This document shows, piece after piece, positions 7,698-17,648 of a DNA stretch of 39,855 bases. The stretch lies in assembly GCA_051658665.1 (NCBI GenBank), contig JBOFNA010000045.1:1-39855 (forward strand), written 5' to 3'. The stretch comes from Oscillospiraceae bacterium (GTDB lineage Bacteria > Bacillota > Clostridia > Oscillospirales > Ruminococcaceae). The notes beneath the pieces were generated by a model. It made no database searches and was not told the origin of the DNA. It saw only the letters and a list, made by a program, of their open reading frames with translations. How positions within the stretch are numbered: position 1 is the first letter of the stretch; the number at the start of each line of letters is the position of its first letter. The translations under genes and the position numbers were made by a program.

Positions 7698-8282
7698 ATG
7701 AATATTAATGAGTTCAAAAATATAAAAAGTATAGGCATCACACCAACAGGAGATGATACACGCACTTTTAAAGGGTTGTTAGCAAGTTATGGTAACGTAG
7801 ATAGAGATAGTGATGTGTTTGTAAAAGGGTGCTTTAAAGAGGCTTTAATTAAGCGAGAAGTATATCCTTTAATTTACAATCACAACACCTATAACTTAGA
7901 GAACACGATAGGTTATTTAAAAGCTTATGAAAGTGAACGAGGTGTAGAAATCGAGGCAATTTTGTTAGAAAATGACAAAAATGCCGACAAAGTTTATGAA
8001 TTGTTAAAACATGGAGCGTTATGTGAGATGTCTATAGGTTTTGGTGTTGAAGACTTTGAAAACGATTTAACGTGGGACAAACAGAGACAAGGTTTTGACT
8101 TTAACAAATGTTATATACGTGAGGGTAGCGTTGTAGTAACACCAGCTAACCCGCAAGCAGTGATAGAACAAGTTAAAAGCAAAAAAGAAGAATTGGTTGA
8201 AAATGAAGAAGTTGTCAAAAAACAAGAAATGTTAAGTGATAGAAAAAAAAGACTAAGAAAAATAAAACTAAAGGAGATTTAA
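7698..8282 (+). CDS. prohead (capsid maturation) protease, HK97 S78 family
   Basis: LASYGNVDRDSDVF and SIGF..E motifs are typical of this family. ATG 7698 follows SD GGAGGTG. It lies between portal and capsid genes. Confidence 0.8.
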   Translation: MNINEFKNIKSIGITPTGDDTRTFKGLLASYGNVDRDSDVFVKGCFKEALIKREVYPLIYNHNTYNLENTIGYLKAYESERGVEIEAILLENDKNADKVYELLKHGALCEMSIGFGVEDFENDLTWDKQRQGFDFNKCYIREGSVVVTPANPQAVIEQVKSKKEELVENEEVVKKQEMLSDRKKRLRKIKLKEI

Positions 8283-8286
8283 TTAA

Positions 8287-9555
8287 ATGAGTAAAATTAC
8301 AAAACTAAGAATTAAAGCACAAGAATTCAAAATTAAATTTGATGAATTAAAAGCGGAAATGCTTACAAAAGCGGATGATGACACTTACGATTTTGAAAAA
8401 GCAGAGAATGAGTTGTTAGGATTAGAAAAAGAATGCCGCAACACTAACAAAGAGTTAGACGTGTTGGAAAAAATGGCAAAAGAAAGATTAGAAAAAGCTA
8501 ATGGGATTGAAGTTAAGGTAGAAAAAACATTCTCTGATAATGTTGATGAAAGCAATTACCGCAACGATCCAGCATATGTTGAAGCGTGGGCAAAGGCGAT
8601 ACGTTCAAAGGATAAAGGAAATCGCAACCAACCTATACTAGACTACTTCAAAGGAATTGACACAGGGTTATTACCTGGTTTAACTGGAGATGACTTTAGT
8701 GTGTTAGTGCCAACATTACTTGAGACTAATTTACTACGTAAGATAGAAGAAACCGGAAGCATTTTGAAGAAAGCTTATGTTACTTCTATTGAGGGGATAG
8801 TAAAGATTTCAATTGAAAAACGTGTAGATTTAAATGCTAAGAACCAACCAGAAGATAGTGGGCGTGGAGATGAAGCAATTTTTGAACTTGACAGTGTATT
8901 AATGAGCCCAGAGTTTATCAATGCATATATTAAATGGACTGAAGAAGTAGAACTTATGAGTGCAGTTGATTTAATGAGTTACATTGGAAATAGATTAGCC
9001 GCTAAATTTATAGAAAAGATTGAATTTGATATGTTATATGGGGCTAAAGAAAATGAAGCGTTATATGGTATCTTCACAGAGTTAGCAGCAGATCCAGACA
9101 ATGGAAGAATCGTAGGGTACAACGCTAAAGGTGTCATTAATTTTGAAGTAGCTAATACAGTCTTAGGCGAAATTTTGCAAGGAAAAAACATAACATTCAT
9201 CATGAACCGCAAAACTTATTACAAAGAAATCATTAATCAAAAAGACACAACAGGAAGACCTTTACACTCAATTGACGTTGTAACTAAGCAACCATTATTC
9301 AATGGATATCCGGTTGAGTTCAACTCTCAACTGAAGCCTTGGGACACAGCATTAGCAACAGACTATCCTATCTTGGTAGTAACAGATGACTTCTACCGTA
9401 TAAACGCTCCTAATGGCATGACACCAGAAGTGTTAATTGATAGATTTACTCAATTTGCAGACAATAAAAACGCTTTATATATGAGAAATCGTTTTGCAGG
9501 TCGTTTATATACATTCCAAAGTTCAGTAGCCATTAAAAAAGGAACTGTTGTATAA
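8287..9555 (+). CDS. major capsid protein (HK97 fold) with N-terminal coiled-coil delta/scaffold domain
   Basis: 422 aa with a charged coiled-coil N-terminal ~100 aa. It follows the protease and has a strong SD AAAGGAG. Confidence 0.8.
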   Translation: MSKITKLRIKAQEFKIKFDELKAEMLTKADDDTYDFEKAENELLGLEKECRNTNKELDVLEKMAKERLEKANGIEVKVEKTFSDNVDESNYRNDPAYVEAWAKAIRSKDKGNRNQPILDYFKGIDTGLLPGLTGDDFSVLVPTLLETNLLRKIEETGSILKKAYVTSIEGIVKISIEKRVDLNAKNQPEDSGRGDEAIFELDSVLMSPEFINAYIKWTEEVELMSAVDLMSYIGNRLAAKFIEKIEFDMLYGAKENEALYGIFTELAADPDNGRIVGYNAKGVINFEVANTVLGEILQGKNITFIMNRKTYYKEIINQKDTTGRPLHSIDVVTKQPLFNGYPVEFNSQLKPWDTALATDYPILVVTDDFYRINAPNGMTPEVLIDRFTQFADNKNALYMRNRFAGRLYTFQSSVAIKKGTVV

Positions 9556-9746
9556 TGATTAAGATTAAATTACTGAAAACCACTACAATCACTGCCTTAA
9601 CTGGTAGTGAAGTTGTTGTGGGAAACGAGCAACTAGCAGCATTGCCTTTAGATAGTTATGAGTTAAAAACTCCTAAAGTTAAAGCAAAGGAAGTGATAGC
9701 AGATGATACAACCACAGTCGATACTAGAGAAGATAAAAAGTTATAA
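9555..9746 (+). CDS. hypothetical head-associated protein
   Basis: 63 aa, with a start coupled to the capsid stop (TAATG) and an SD present. Confidence 0.45.
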   Translation: MIKIKLLKTTTITALTGSEVVVGNEQLAALPLDSYELKTPKVKAKEVIADDTTTVDTREDKKL

Positions 9747-10020
9747 CGAAATAGTAGATACTGATGAGTGGGATAACGATATTTTAGATTACATTAACGC
9801 AAGTTATGTAAAACTTGAAACAGAGGGGTTAAAGCATCCTACATTCAACGAAGAAGGAAAACCCAATAACAGTATGTATCATGATAGTTATGTCGTGTGC
9901 GTTGGTTACAACGTGTATCTAATGATGAATAGTGATGTTAATTATCCAGTAGTTTGGGAGAGATACAGAAATTTAATTGGTACATTGAGGCTTTGGCGTT
10001 TTTCAGAGGGCAACTACTAA
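9703..10020 (+). CDS. head-tail connector (gp6-like DNA packaging protein)
   Basis: 105 aa. The N-terminal pattern SILEKIKSYNEIVDTDEWDNDILDYINAS matches the gp6-like family, and the synteny fits. Confidence 0.6.
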   Translation: MIQPQSILEKIKSYNEIVDTDEWDNDILDYINASYVKLETEGLKHPTFNEEGKPNNSMYHDSYVVCVGYNVYLMMNSDVNYPVVWERYRNLIGTLRLWRFSEGNY

Positions 10021-10379
10021 TGGGTAAAGTTAATTATTATGGAGTGTCCCAGAATAAATCAAGCAGGCGAAAAAGAGGCGTGTGTACTATCCATTTTTTA
10101 AAAGAATTGGTGGAAGAGTATGAAGTTAAAACTCTAGAAAAATCAAGGAAAGCACGCATTAAAGAATATGACACTTACAACGAGAGCTACTATCAAGCGC
10201 AAGCACAAGGAAGAGAAATAACAGACACCTTGGAAGTCGGGGAAAACAGCATAGTGTGGAAAGAGGATTTGGAGTATCAACCTATGCACGTAACATACAA
10301 AAACAAAAAATATAAAATAGCGAGAATAAAATCAATAGGTAATAGAAAAATTATGATGGAGTTGGAGGAAATTAAGTAA
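10020..10379 (+). CDS. head closure / head-tail adaptor protein
   Basis: Synteny. The ATG at 10020 overlaps the preceding stop (TAATG). The ORF-track start at 9954 is a probable over-extension. Confidence 0.55.
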   Translation: MGKVNYYGVSQNKSSRRKRGVCTIHFLKELVEEYEVKTLEKSRKARIKEYDTYNESYYQAQAQGREITDTLEVGENSIVWKEDLEYQPMHVTYKNKKYKIARIKSIGNRKIMMELEEIK

Positions 10380-10750
10380 TGGCTTACAAACAATTTGATA
10401 ACTTCAACGATCTGCTAAAGACTATTGATGAAGCAACTGGGAACGTAACTGTAACAAGAAGCAGGAAAATAGCTCAAAACCAAGATTTAGCAATTGTGGT
10501 AGAGAGAACTAACAGAAACAGGTTTGACGTAACAGATTTATCAGTCTATCAACAAAGGTTCACTATCAACATTTATTACAAAGACAAGATTAGTGAAATG
10601 CAAATAGATGATATTACAAAACAAATAGAAGATGTAGTCAAAGTAAATACTTATCAAGCGAATTACGAGCGCGAGTTAGAATTTAGCGATTACCGCAACG
10701 TTACAATGACAGGCGAAGAGGTATTTAGAGATGAAGTCTATAAATATTGA
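10379..10750 (+). CDS. head-tail joining / tail completion protein (hypothetical)
   Basis: 123 aa, coupled start (TAATG), position in the connector module. Confidence 0.5.
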   Translation: MAYKQFDNFNDLLKTIDEATGNVTVTRSRKIAQNQDLAIVVERTNRNRFDVTDLSVYQQRFTINIYYKDKISEMQIDDITKQIEDVVKVNTYQANYERELEFSDYRNVTMTGEEVFRDEVYKY

Positions 10751-11111
10751 TGAATTAACTAATGAATTGGTTGGCATCATTAAAGGGAATATAGAAAACA
10801 TAGAAGGCTCTGTAGACAACACCCTTGATCAATATTTAACGATAGGACTAGAGGAGTTAAAATCAAACACACCAAGGAGCCCTTTTGCAAACAAAAAACA
10901 CTTGCAAGATAGTTGGGTATCAGAACGAGATGTTTTCAAAATAGGAAAAGAGAAGAATGCAGTTTTTCACAATACAGAAGGTTGGAGAATGCACTTTCTA
11001 GAGTTTGGAACTATATATCAAAGACCACAACCATTTGTAGTCAGGTCTTATGATACATTCAGTGTAAAATTCTATCGGGATTTGATAGACAACATAAATA
11101 AAAATATATAA
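10731..11111 (+). CDS. HK97 gp10-like tail component
   Basis: The motif GWRMHFLEFGT...RPQPFV is characteristic of the HK97 gp10 family. Confidence 0.65.
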   Translation: MKSINIDELTNELVGIIKGNIENIEGSVDNTLDQYLTIGLEELKSNTPRSPFANKKHLQDSWVSERDVFKIGKEKNAVFHNTEGWRMHFLEFGTIYQRPQPFVVRSYDTFSVKFYRDLIDNINKNI

Positions 11112-11130
11112 AAAAAGGAGAATTTAAAAC

Positions 11131-11733
11131 ATGGCAGACGCAAATAAAGTAATTATAGGGTTAGAAAACTTTCACATAGCATTAATAACAAGCTATGATG
11201 CAGTTACGAAGAAGTACACTTACGGCACTCCTACAAGAGTTCCAGGGTTAGTATCTTTAGACATATCTACTTCAGGAGGAGAAAACACTTTTTATGCAGA
11301 TAATATTGCATATTTCAAATCTAACACCAATCAGGGTTACGAATTAAAAATAACAATAGCTAACCTTACAGAATTCATAAGAGAAGAAGTATTAGGCGAG
11401 AAAAAACAACTTAATGGCTTACGAGTGGAATTTGCCAACGCAATTCCTAAGGATTGTGCAATTTTGTTTGAAGTGTCAGGCGATACTGAAGGAGAAAGAT
11501 ATGTATTCTATAACTCTACAATGAGTAGACCGAACATTAACCGTTCAACCAAAGGAGAGAATGCAGAACCTCAAACTAACGAATTAACATTAAAGGCTAC
11601 AGCTAGAGAAAACGACAAGGCAGTAAAAGCCTTCATAACTGAAAAAGACACTGCTTACGCAACTTTCTTCAATTCAGTACTAGAGCCAGAAGAAGTAACA
11701 AGAGTAATGCCGACATCAACACCTAAAGCATAA
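11131..11733 (+). CDS. major tail protein
   Basis: 200 aa with a strong SD. It lies immediately upstream of the G/GT chaperone pair and tape measure. A terminator follows it. Confidence 0.7.
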   Translation: MADANKVIIGLENFHIALITSYDAVTKKYTYGTPTRVPGLVSLDISTSGGENTFYADNIAYFKSNTNQGYELKITIANLTEFIREEVLGEKKQLNGLRVEFANAIPKDCAILFEVSGDTEGERYVFYNSTMSRPNINRSTKGENAEPQTNELTLKATARENDKAVKAFITEKDTAYATFFNSVLEPEEVTRVMPTSTPKA

Positions 11734-11757
11734 TAATAAAAAAGACTTACAAAGTCT

Positions 11758-11779
11758 AAAGGGCTTAAAAGCCCTTTTT
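11758..11779 (+). terminator. intrinsic terminator/attenuator after the major tail gene
   Basis: Stem AAAGGGCT(11758-11765)/AGCCCTTT(11770-11777), loop TAAA, then TT. Confidence 0.6.
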
Positions 11780-11805
11780 CAATTAAAACACAAGGAGAAA
11801 AAAAC

Positions 11806-12357
11806 ATGCAAACTATACTAGGAATGAATTGCAAAGCAACGCTAAGAACAGCCAAAATTTATCAAGAGTTATTTAAAAAAGATTACGTTAAAGTTATAGA
11901 AAAAGTTAGGAATGATTATGAAGTGTCATATCAAATAATCATGGATAACGAAAGAATAGCTTTAATCGAGGAAACTCTATCGTCAGGGAAAATAAGCGAT
12001 TTAATAACTAATAAAGACGGAACGCCGAAGCTAGACAAACAAGGTAAACAAAAATACAAAAATCGCAAACTAACGATTGAGGAAATTGCTAACTTAATTG
12101 ACAACAGAGAAAAGATGAAAAGAGATAGGGAAAATCTTCTTTTATTATCAGACCAAAGCAACACTATGGAAGTACTAGACGTGTTTTTCTGTATGGCTTT
12201 AACGGGCAAAGCTTTAAAAGAGGAAGATTATGATAGTTTCTTGGATAAATACAACATTCCGGATGTGATACCAGTTATGGGAGATATTATTAATTTAGCT
12301 TACACTAATTTAATAATCAAAGAAACAGAACAAGAAACTGATAAAACAAAAAACTAA
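11806..12357 (+). CDS. tail assembly chaperone (gpG-like)
   Basis: Position between the major tail and tape-measure genes. A slippery heptamer lies at its 3' end. Confidence 0.75.
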   Translation: MQTILGMNCKATLRTAKIYQELFKKDYVKVIEKVRNDYEVSYQIIMDNERIALIEETLSSGKISDLITNKDGTPKLDKQGKQKYKNRKLTIEEIANLIDNREKMKRDRENLLLLSDQSNTMEVLDVFFCMALTGKALKEEDYDSFLDKYNIPDVIPVMGDIINLAYTNLIIKETEQETDKTKN

Positions 12358-12569
12358 CAAAGTCCGACACCGAGGAAAGTTTAACTATAAATAAACTTTT
12401 GGCAATTATGATCGCTAGAAACATGAACATAAGTGATTACGAAAATATGGGTGTCGGACAAGTAATTGACGTGTTGAAGGAGTTGAACAACCTAAACAAA
12501 CCAAAAGAAAAACCAATCACTGATAAAGCTAATGTTGAGTTGGCAAAGAACATACTTAGAAACATGTAA
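11806..12569 (+). CDS. tail assembly chaperone frameshift product (gpGT-like) via a -1 shift at 12348-12354
   Basis: A_AAA_AAC occupies the zero frame just before stop 12355-12357. The -1 frame is open from 12354 to TAA 12567-12569 (LTKSDTEESLTINKLL...ILRNM) and has no start codon of its own. Confidence 0.7.
12348..12354 (+). other. -1 programmed ribosomal frameshift slippery site A_AAA_AAC
   Basis: Heptamer read in frame (ACA AAA AAC TAA). Confidence 0.7.
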
Positions 12570-12596
12570 AAAGAACAAGAGAGGAGGAAATTAATT

Positions 12597-15500
12597 ATGG
12601 CAACAGGTGGAAACCAGATAAAAGGTATATTTGTAAAACTAGGAATAGACGATAGTGGGCTAATAAACTCTTTAACCAAAATAAGAAAAGAGAGCAATTA
12701 CACTCAAAAAGCACTAAAAGAAATAAACAAAGGGTTAAAATTTGATGAGAATGACACGACCTTACTAGGGGAAAAATTTAAATACCTAACTAGCAACATC
12801 ACGTTGACAAAAGAAGAAATTAGCCGATTAAAAGCTCTTCAAATAACACTTGACAACGCAGTTGATAAAGGAACTGAAAAATGGTTAGCAGCAAACAGTA
12901 ACATCAACATTTCTTTACTTAAAAACGAACTATCTTTAAAACAACAACAAAAAGCACTTCAGGCAGTGTCTAATCAAATTCAAGGCATACCAACATTAAA
13001 AGATGTCTCAAGCAGTATACAAGCGAGTAGCAACTATGCAAAGGCGTTAGATGAGAGAATGGCGTTAGTAGGCACTAGCACCGCAATGTTACAAACTAAG
13101 TACAAATTGGTAAATGATGAGATAGGCGAAGTTAAAATAAAGTTAGATATGCTTAATCAAGAACAAAGAGAATTGAACGAATCATCTAACGTTGGGACAC
13201 GTGCTTGGACCACGCAAATGAACAACCTTAACGCTACCATAATCAGAACAAAGAATGATGTATCTTTACTTGAAAAAGAAGGCAAAGAACTAAACGCAAC
13301 ACTAAAAGGAACACCTACACTAAAAAACCTAAGTGCATCTATGCAAGCCACTAAAGGAAACATTGACAGCGTGAATGCGGCATTAAAAGAAACACCTAAA
13401 AGTCTGGATTTGGTAGTAAGAAAGTCCCAACTATTAGAAGAAAACCTGAAACAAGCAAAAGATAAAGTCAAATTGCTAACTGAAGAACAAAAAAAGTTAG
13501 CCAATTCTAAAGGTGTTGCAAATAAAGCAGATGAAATGAATAGGTACGAAAAAGAAATTAGAGAAACAACAACTGAAATAACTAAATTACAAAGCAAAAT
13601 AGCAAGTGTTAGTAAGTTGAAAACTCAAATATCCAATCCTTTTTCAGTGTTCAAATCAAACTTAATGGAAATCGCTAAAGACAACTCTTTTGCAAGACTG
13701 GGCGGTCAAGTAGATAGCGTGGGGAAGAAGATATTCGATAGCGGGCAGTCTATTTATTATTTAGGTAGCAGACTACAAACTCTATCAGTGCCAGCAGGGT
13801 TATTGACTGCTTTCAGTGTTAAATCAATCGCAGGGTATGATGATGAGTTAAGAAAAGTTTTAGCCATTACAGAAGCGAGTGCAGAAGAGTATGCTAGACT
13901 TGATAAAGCAGCAAAACTTGCAGGAGACACAACACGATACACAAGTGCAGAAAGTGCAACTGCGTTAGGTAATTTAGCGAGCGCTGGGTTCAATGTTAAT
14001 CAAAGCATCACTGCTTTGCCACAAGTGTTAAATTTAGCAAGTGCTGGGGTTTTGTCATTAGATGAAGCTAGCGATATGGGAGCAAGCGCTTTGAAACAGT
14101 GGGGGTTAGAGGTTAGCGACTTAACTATGCTAACAGACCAATGGGCTAAAGCAGCAAGTATATCAAATGCAGAAATAAGAGATCTAACAGAAGCCAACAT
14201 CACTGCTGGAGGAGTTGCTAGAGGGTTTAAACAAAACATGGCAGATACTAATGCGGTGCTTGCAGTGCTTGCGGATAACGGGCGAAAAGGAACAGAAGCT
14301 GGAACTAACTTGCGTTCAATGATGTTATCTTTATTCACGCCTACAGACAAAGCTAAAGAAAGATTAGATATGTTAGGAGTAGCAGCTTATGACGCAGAAG
14401 GTAATGCTAAGGGTTTAAAAAACATATTTGAGGAGTTAAGAATAGCAACAAAAGATATGAATGACGAACAAAAAAACACTTCATTAAGAGAAATATTTGA
14501 CGAGAGGGATATTAACGCTGTAAACATTCTACTAGGAACGACTACTGAAAAAGTAAACGATTATGCTTCTCAAATAGAAAACTCAAAAGGAGCTACACAA
14601 AAATTTGCCGACACCTTAGAGGGAGGAATTGGGGGAGAATTAAGGGTCTTTAAGTCTTTGTTAGAAAGTATAGTGCTTGATTTAGGAAACGCCTTGATAC
14701 CAACTGTACAAGCGGTAGGCGGAGTTATAAAGAATGCTCAAAAATGGTTTAAAAGTCTTAATCAAGAACAAGTCAATCTAGTTGTTAAAGCTTTACTTGC
14801 GGCAACAGCATTAGCACCTTTAATAAAAGGGTTTTCCTTCCTTTTAACCACAGTTGGAGCTACCACTAGAGTTATAGGGTTAAGTGTTAAAACTTTTGGT
14901 CTTGTTACGAGTGCAATTAAAGCGTATGGGTTAGCACAGGGTGGATTAACTTTAGCGCAAAACGGAATGGCAACCGGAGCAAGTACAGCAGCAAAGAACG
15001 CTGGGTTAGTAGGTAAAGCTTTATCATCAGCTAATCCTTACGTAATCGCAGCCACTCTTGTGATTGGTGGTTTAGTCGCAGCTTACGTGTTGTTAGATAA
15101 AAAACAAAACAACACAGTCAAGAATGCTAAGAAAGTAGGGGAAGACGTATCTAAAGCAATTACTAGTGTAGATTACAGCACTTTTGAAAATAAAACAAAC
15201 ACTGCCATATCAGGTGTTATTGATAGTGTTCACGAAATGGACAAAGTAATAGTGTCATCAAGTGGCATAAAAAACTTAGAAGAAAAATTCACAAGTGGTG
15301 TCGATAACATAAAAACCAAACTTGGAGAGCTTAAAGGAGAACAAATAACCATAACTTCAAAAGCTTTGAAGATTGCAGGTTTCTCTCCTGAAGAAATTGA
15401 CAAGACTGTTAACGCTATCGAAGAGACTTACACTGGAGCAGAAAACAAGATACAAATTGCAGAAGATGCTATACAAAACATCATCAAAGTTGCGCAAGAC

Positions 15501-17648
15501 GAAAACAGAGAATTAAGAAAAGAAGAGTTGGAAGCAATAAAAACGCACTATGCAGACATTGCCAAAGCGGCGTTAGAAGTAGAATTAGAAGGCAAAAGCG
15601 GAACTTTAGATTATGCTCTTGAAAAAGAGATGCAAACAGGAGGAATAACCGATCCTAAAGTGCAAAAAGAATTACTAGAGCAAGCAAGATTGGTAGTTGT
15701 CGACAAGGCAAAACTAATAACTGAAGAATACGCTAATATGTATTCAAGCATTCAATATTTACGTGATGATAGTGCTAGTGGCGGGGAAAAATATGTAAAC
15801 GCAGTAAAAAGATTGCAAGAAGATGAGGTTGCAGCCATTGGTAAAGCAAATACTGAAATAGCAAGAGTTTTACTAGCTACTAATGATGCAGTTGGTCAAG
15901 GTGCTAAGGTGTGGATAGATGCTAATGGTCAAGTTCAAAGCAACAGCGCTTTATTATCAGAAAACCAAAGGATAGCCGTAGAAGGTATTGTTGAAGAAAT
16001 AAACAAATTACCAGAAGCGTACAGAGAAAGTTCTGTAAACGCCCTAACAGAGTTAGGTATAGGACAAGCCAATGCAGAAGAACAGGAGTTATTACACCAA
16101 GAGCGTTTGAAAATATTAAAAGAGCAAGGCGCAGCCGATATTGTGAATGTAGCTTTAAATGCAGGAGATGAAAAGGCGGTATTGGAGCAGAAATATAACA
16201 CACTTACAGAAGCGGAGAAAATTGAGCTTGATAAACAAGCAGTAGCGCGTTTAGAAAAGGTTAAAACTGATGGTTACAACGCAGGAACAACAAGCGTGGA
16301 AGAAATGGCAAAAGGAATGGTCGAAGGAACACCTTACATTGAAGGTGCAGCTGTTAGTATAGCCGACCAAACAAAAAAGAAATTAGGAGAAGCATCAAAC
16401 TCTTTTGGTGGTGCAGTAAACGGTTGGGCAAGTGCTATAGGACAAGAGTTAGCTAAAGGAGAACCTTCTATTAGTGCAAAAGGAAGTACCTACACACAAA
16501 AATTTGCCGACGGTTTAGAATTAGGGAAACCCGGGGTATCAAGAACAGCAGGTGGAATAGCAGCAGAGGCTACAAACCCTTTAAAAAATTCATCAACATC
16601 AACACATGGATTAGGAGTTGATTTTGGGAATGGGTTCAGCTCAGGTATCGCAAGCACGGCTATTTCAGTAGCAACATCCGCAGTGAATATAGCGGCAGGA
16701 GCAATACAAGCAGTCAAAAACAAACAGCAATCTAACTCCCCTTCAAAGGTAGCAATGAGGTTAGGAAATGATTATGGAGTTGGATATTCACTAGGGATAA
16801 CAAGCACAAGCAACGTCGTGCAAAAGAGTGCTAGAAACATTGTTGAAGTTGCTGTAAACACTTTAAAGGAGTTGCCAATAGCATATAGAGATATAGCTAA
16901 ATCAATGACTGAGGTTGATTTATTCAAAACTAGCAGCAAGTTTAAGCTAGAAAACCTAAAAAACGCAAAAGAACAAGCGTTAGGCTTAGCAACTAGTGAA
17001 GAGATGAAAGAGAAAATCAAAGATTATTATGATGAAATGATCAGAGAAGAGGAACTTAATTTAAAAAGAAGGTCTGATTTAATGTCAAAAGAAAAATCTA
17101 TCGAAAACTATATTGAACAATACAAACGCGATATAGAGTGGTTGAAAGCAATGGGCAGAGAAGGGGAAGTGCCTATCTATGAAGAGTATATAAAAAAACT
17201 AGAACAACAATTGAAATTGATGAAGGAAGAGTATGAGTATCGTTGGAATTTAGAAGACAAAAACTATGACTTTATAAAAGAAGACATGGACAAAATGCAA
17301 GCTTTGATAGATAAAAACGACAAAGAATTAAAAGAAAAACAAAACAAGTTTTTAGGGATTTCATTCTTTGATGTCTTGGACAAAAACTTTGACTTCATCA
17401 CTGGAAGTGTTGATAAAGCCATTGAAGAATACAAGAAGATACAACAAGAGTTGCTACCAAAACTTAATGAAGCGGTAAATGGAATAATCAATCCTACCCT
17501 AACTCAACAAGTTCAGTTACGCAATGATGCAGTCCCAGTCGTGAATAATGTAAATCCAATATTCAATATAAGCGGTGTAGACGACCCAGTAAAATTAGCA
17601 CGAATAGTAGCAGACGCAATGGATAAATTGCTTGGAGGTAAAAAATAA
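12597..17648 (+). CDS. tail tape measure protein (TP901-type core), 1683 aa
   Basis: Size, extensive coiled coil, a central hydrophobic/Gly-Ala-rich block, and position after G/GT. Confidence 0.9.
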   Translation: MATGGNQIKGIFVKLGIDDSGLINSLTKIRKESNYTQKALKEINKGLKFDENDTTLLGEKFKYLTSNITLTKEEISRLKALQITLDNAVDKGTEKWLAANSNINISLLKNELSLKQQQKALQAVSNQIQGIPTLKDVSSSIQASSNYAKALDERMALVGTSTAMLQTKYKLVNDEIGEVKIKLDMLNQEQRELNESSNVGTRAWTTQMNNLNATIIRTKNDVSLLEKEGKELNATLKGTPTLKNLSASMQATKGNIDSVNAALKETPKSLDLVVRKSQLLEENLKQAKDKVKLLTEEQKKLANSKGVANKADEMNRYEKEIRETTTEITKLQSKIASVSKLKTQISNPFSVFKSNLMEIAKDNSFARLGGQVDSVGKKIFDSGQSIYYLGSRLQTLSVPAGLLTAFSVKSIAGYDDELRKVLAITEASAEEYARLDKAAKLAGDTTRYTSAESATALGNLASAGFNVNQSITALPQVLNLASAGVLSLDEASDMGASALKQWGLEVSDLTMLTDQWAKAASISNAEIRDLTEANITAGGVARGFKQNMADTNAVLAVLADNGRKGTEAGTNLRSMMLSLFTPTDKAKERLDMLGVAAYDAEGNAKGLKNIFEELRIATKDMNDEQKNTSLREIFDERDINAVNILLGTTTEKVNDYASQIENSKGATQKFADTLEGGIGGELRVFKSLLESIVLDLGNALIPTVQAVGGVIKNAQKWFKSLNQEQVNLVVKALLAATALAPLIKGFSFLLTTVGATTRVIGLSVKTFGLVTSAIKAYGLAQGGLTLAQNGMATGASTAAKNAGLVGKALSSANPYVIAATLVIGGLVAAYVLLDKKQNNTVKNAKKVGEDVSKAITSVDYSTFENKTNTAISGVIDSVHEMDKVIVSSSGIKNLEEKFTSGVDNIKTKLGELKGEQITITSKALKIAGFSPEEIDKTVNAIEETYTGAENKIQIAEDAIQNIIKVAQDENRELRKEELEAIKTHYADIAKAALEVELEGKSGTLDYALEKEMQTGGITDPKVQKELLEQARLVVVDKAKLITEEYANMYSSIQYLRDDSASGGEKYVNAVKRLQEDEVAAIGKANTEIARVLLATNDAVGQGAKVWIDANGQVQSNSALLSENQRIAVEGIVEEINKLPEAYRESSVNALTELGIGQANAEEQELLHQERLKILKEQGAADIVNVALNAGDEKAVLEQKYNTLTEAEKIELDKQAVARLEKVKTDGYNAGTTSVEEMAKGMVEGTPYIEGAAVSIADQTKKKLGEASNSFGGAVNGWASAIGQELAKGEPSISAKGSTYTQKFADGLELGKPGVSRTAGGIAAEATNPLKNSSTSTHGLGVDFGNGFSSGIASTAISVATSAVNIAAGAIQAVKNKQQSNSPSKVAMRLGNDYGVGYSLGITSTSNVVQKSARNIVEVAVNTLKELPIAYRDIAKSMTEVDLFKTSSKFKLENLKNAKEQALGLATSEEMKEKIKDYYDEMIREEELNLKRRSDLMSKEKSIENYIEQYKRDIEWLKAMGREGEVPIYEEYIKKLEQQLKLMKEEYEYRWNLEDKNYDFIKEDMDKMQALIDKNDKELKEKQNKFLGISFFDVLDKNFDFITGSVDKAIEEYKKIQQELLPKLNEAVNGIINPTLTQQVQLRNDAVPVVNNVNPIFNISGVDDPVKLARIVADAMDKLLGGKK

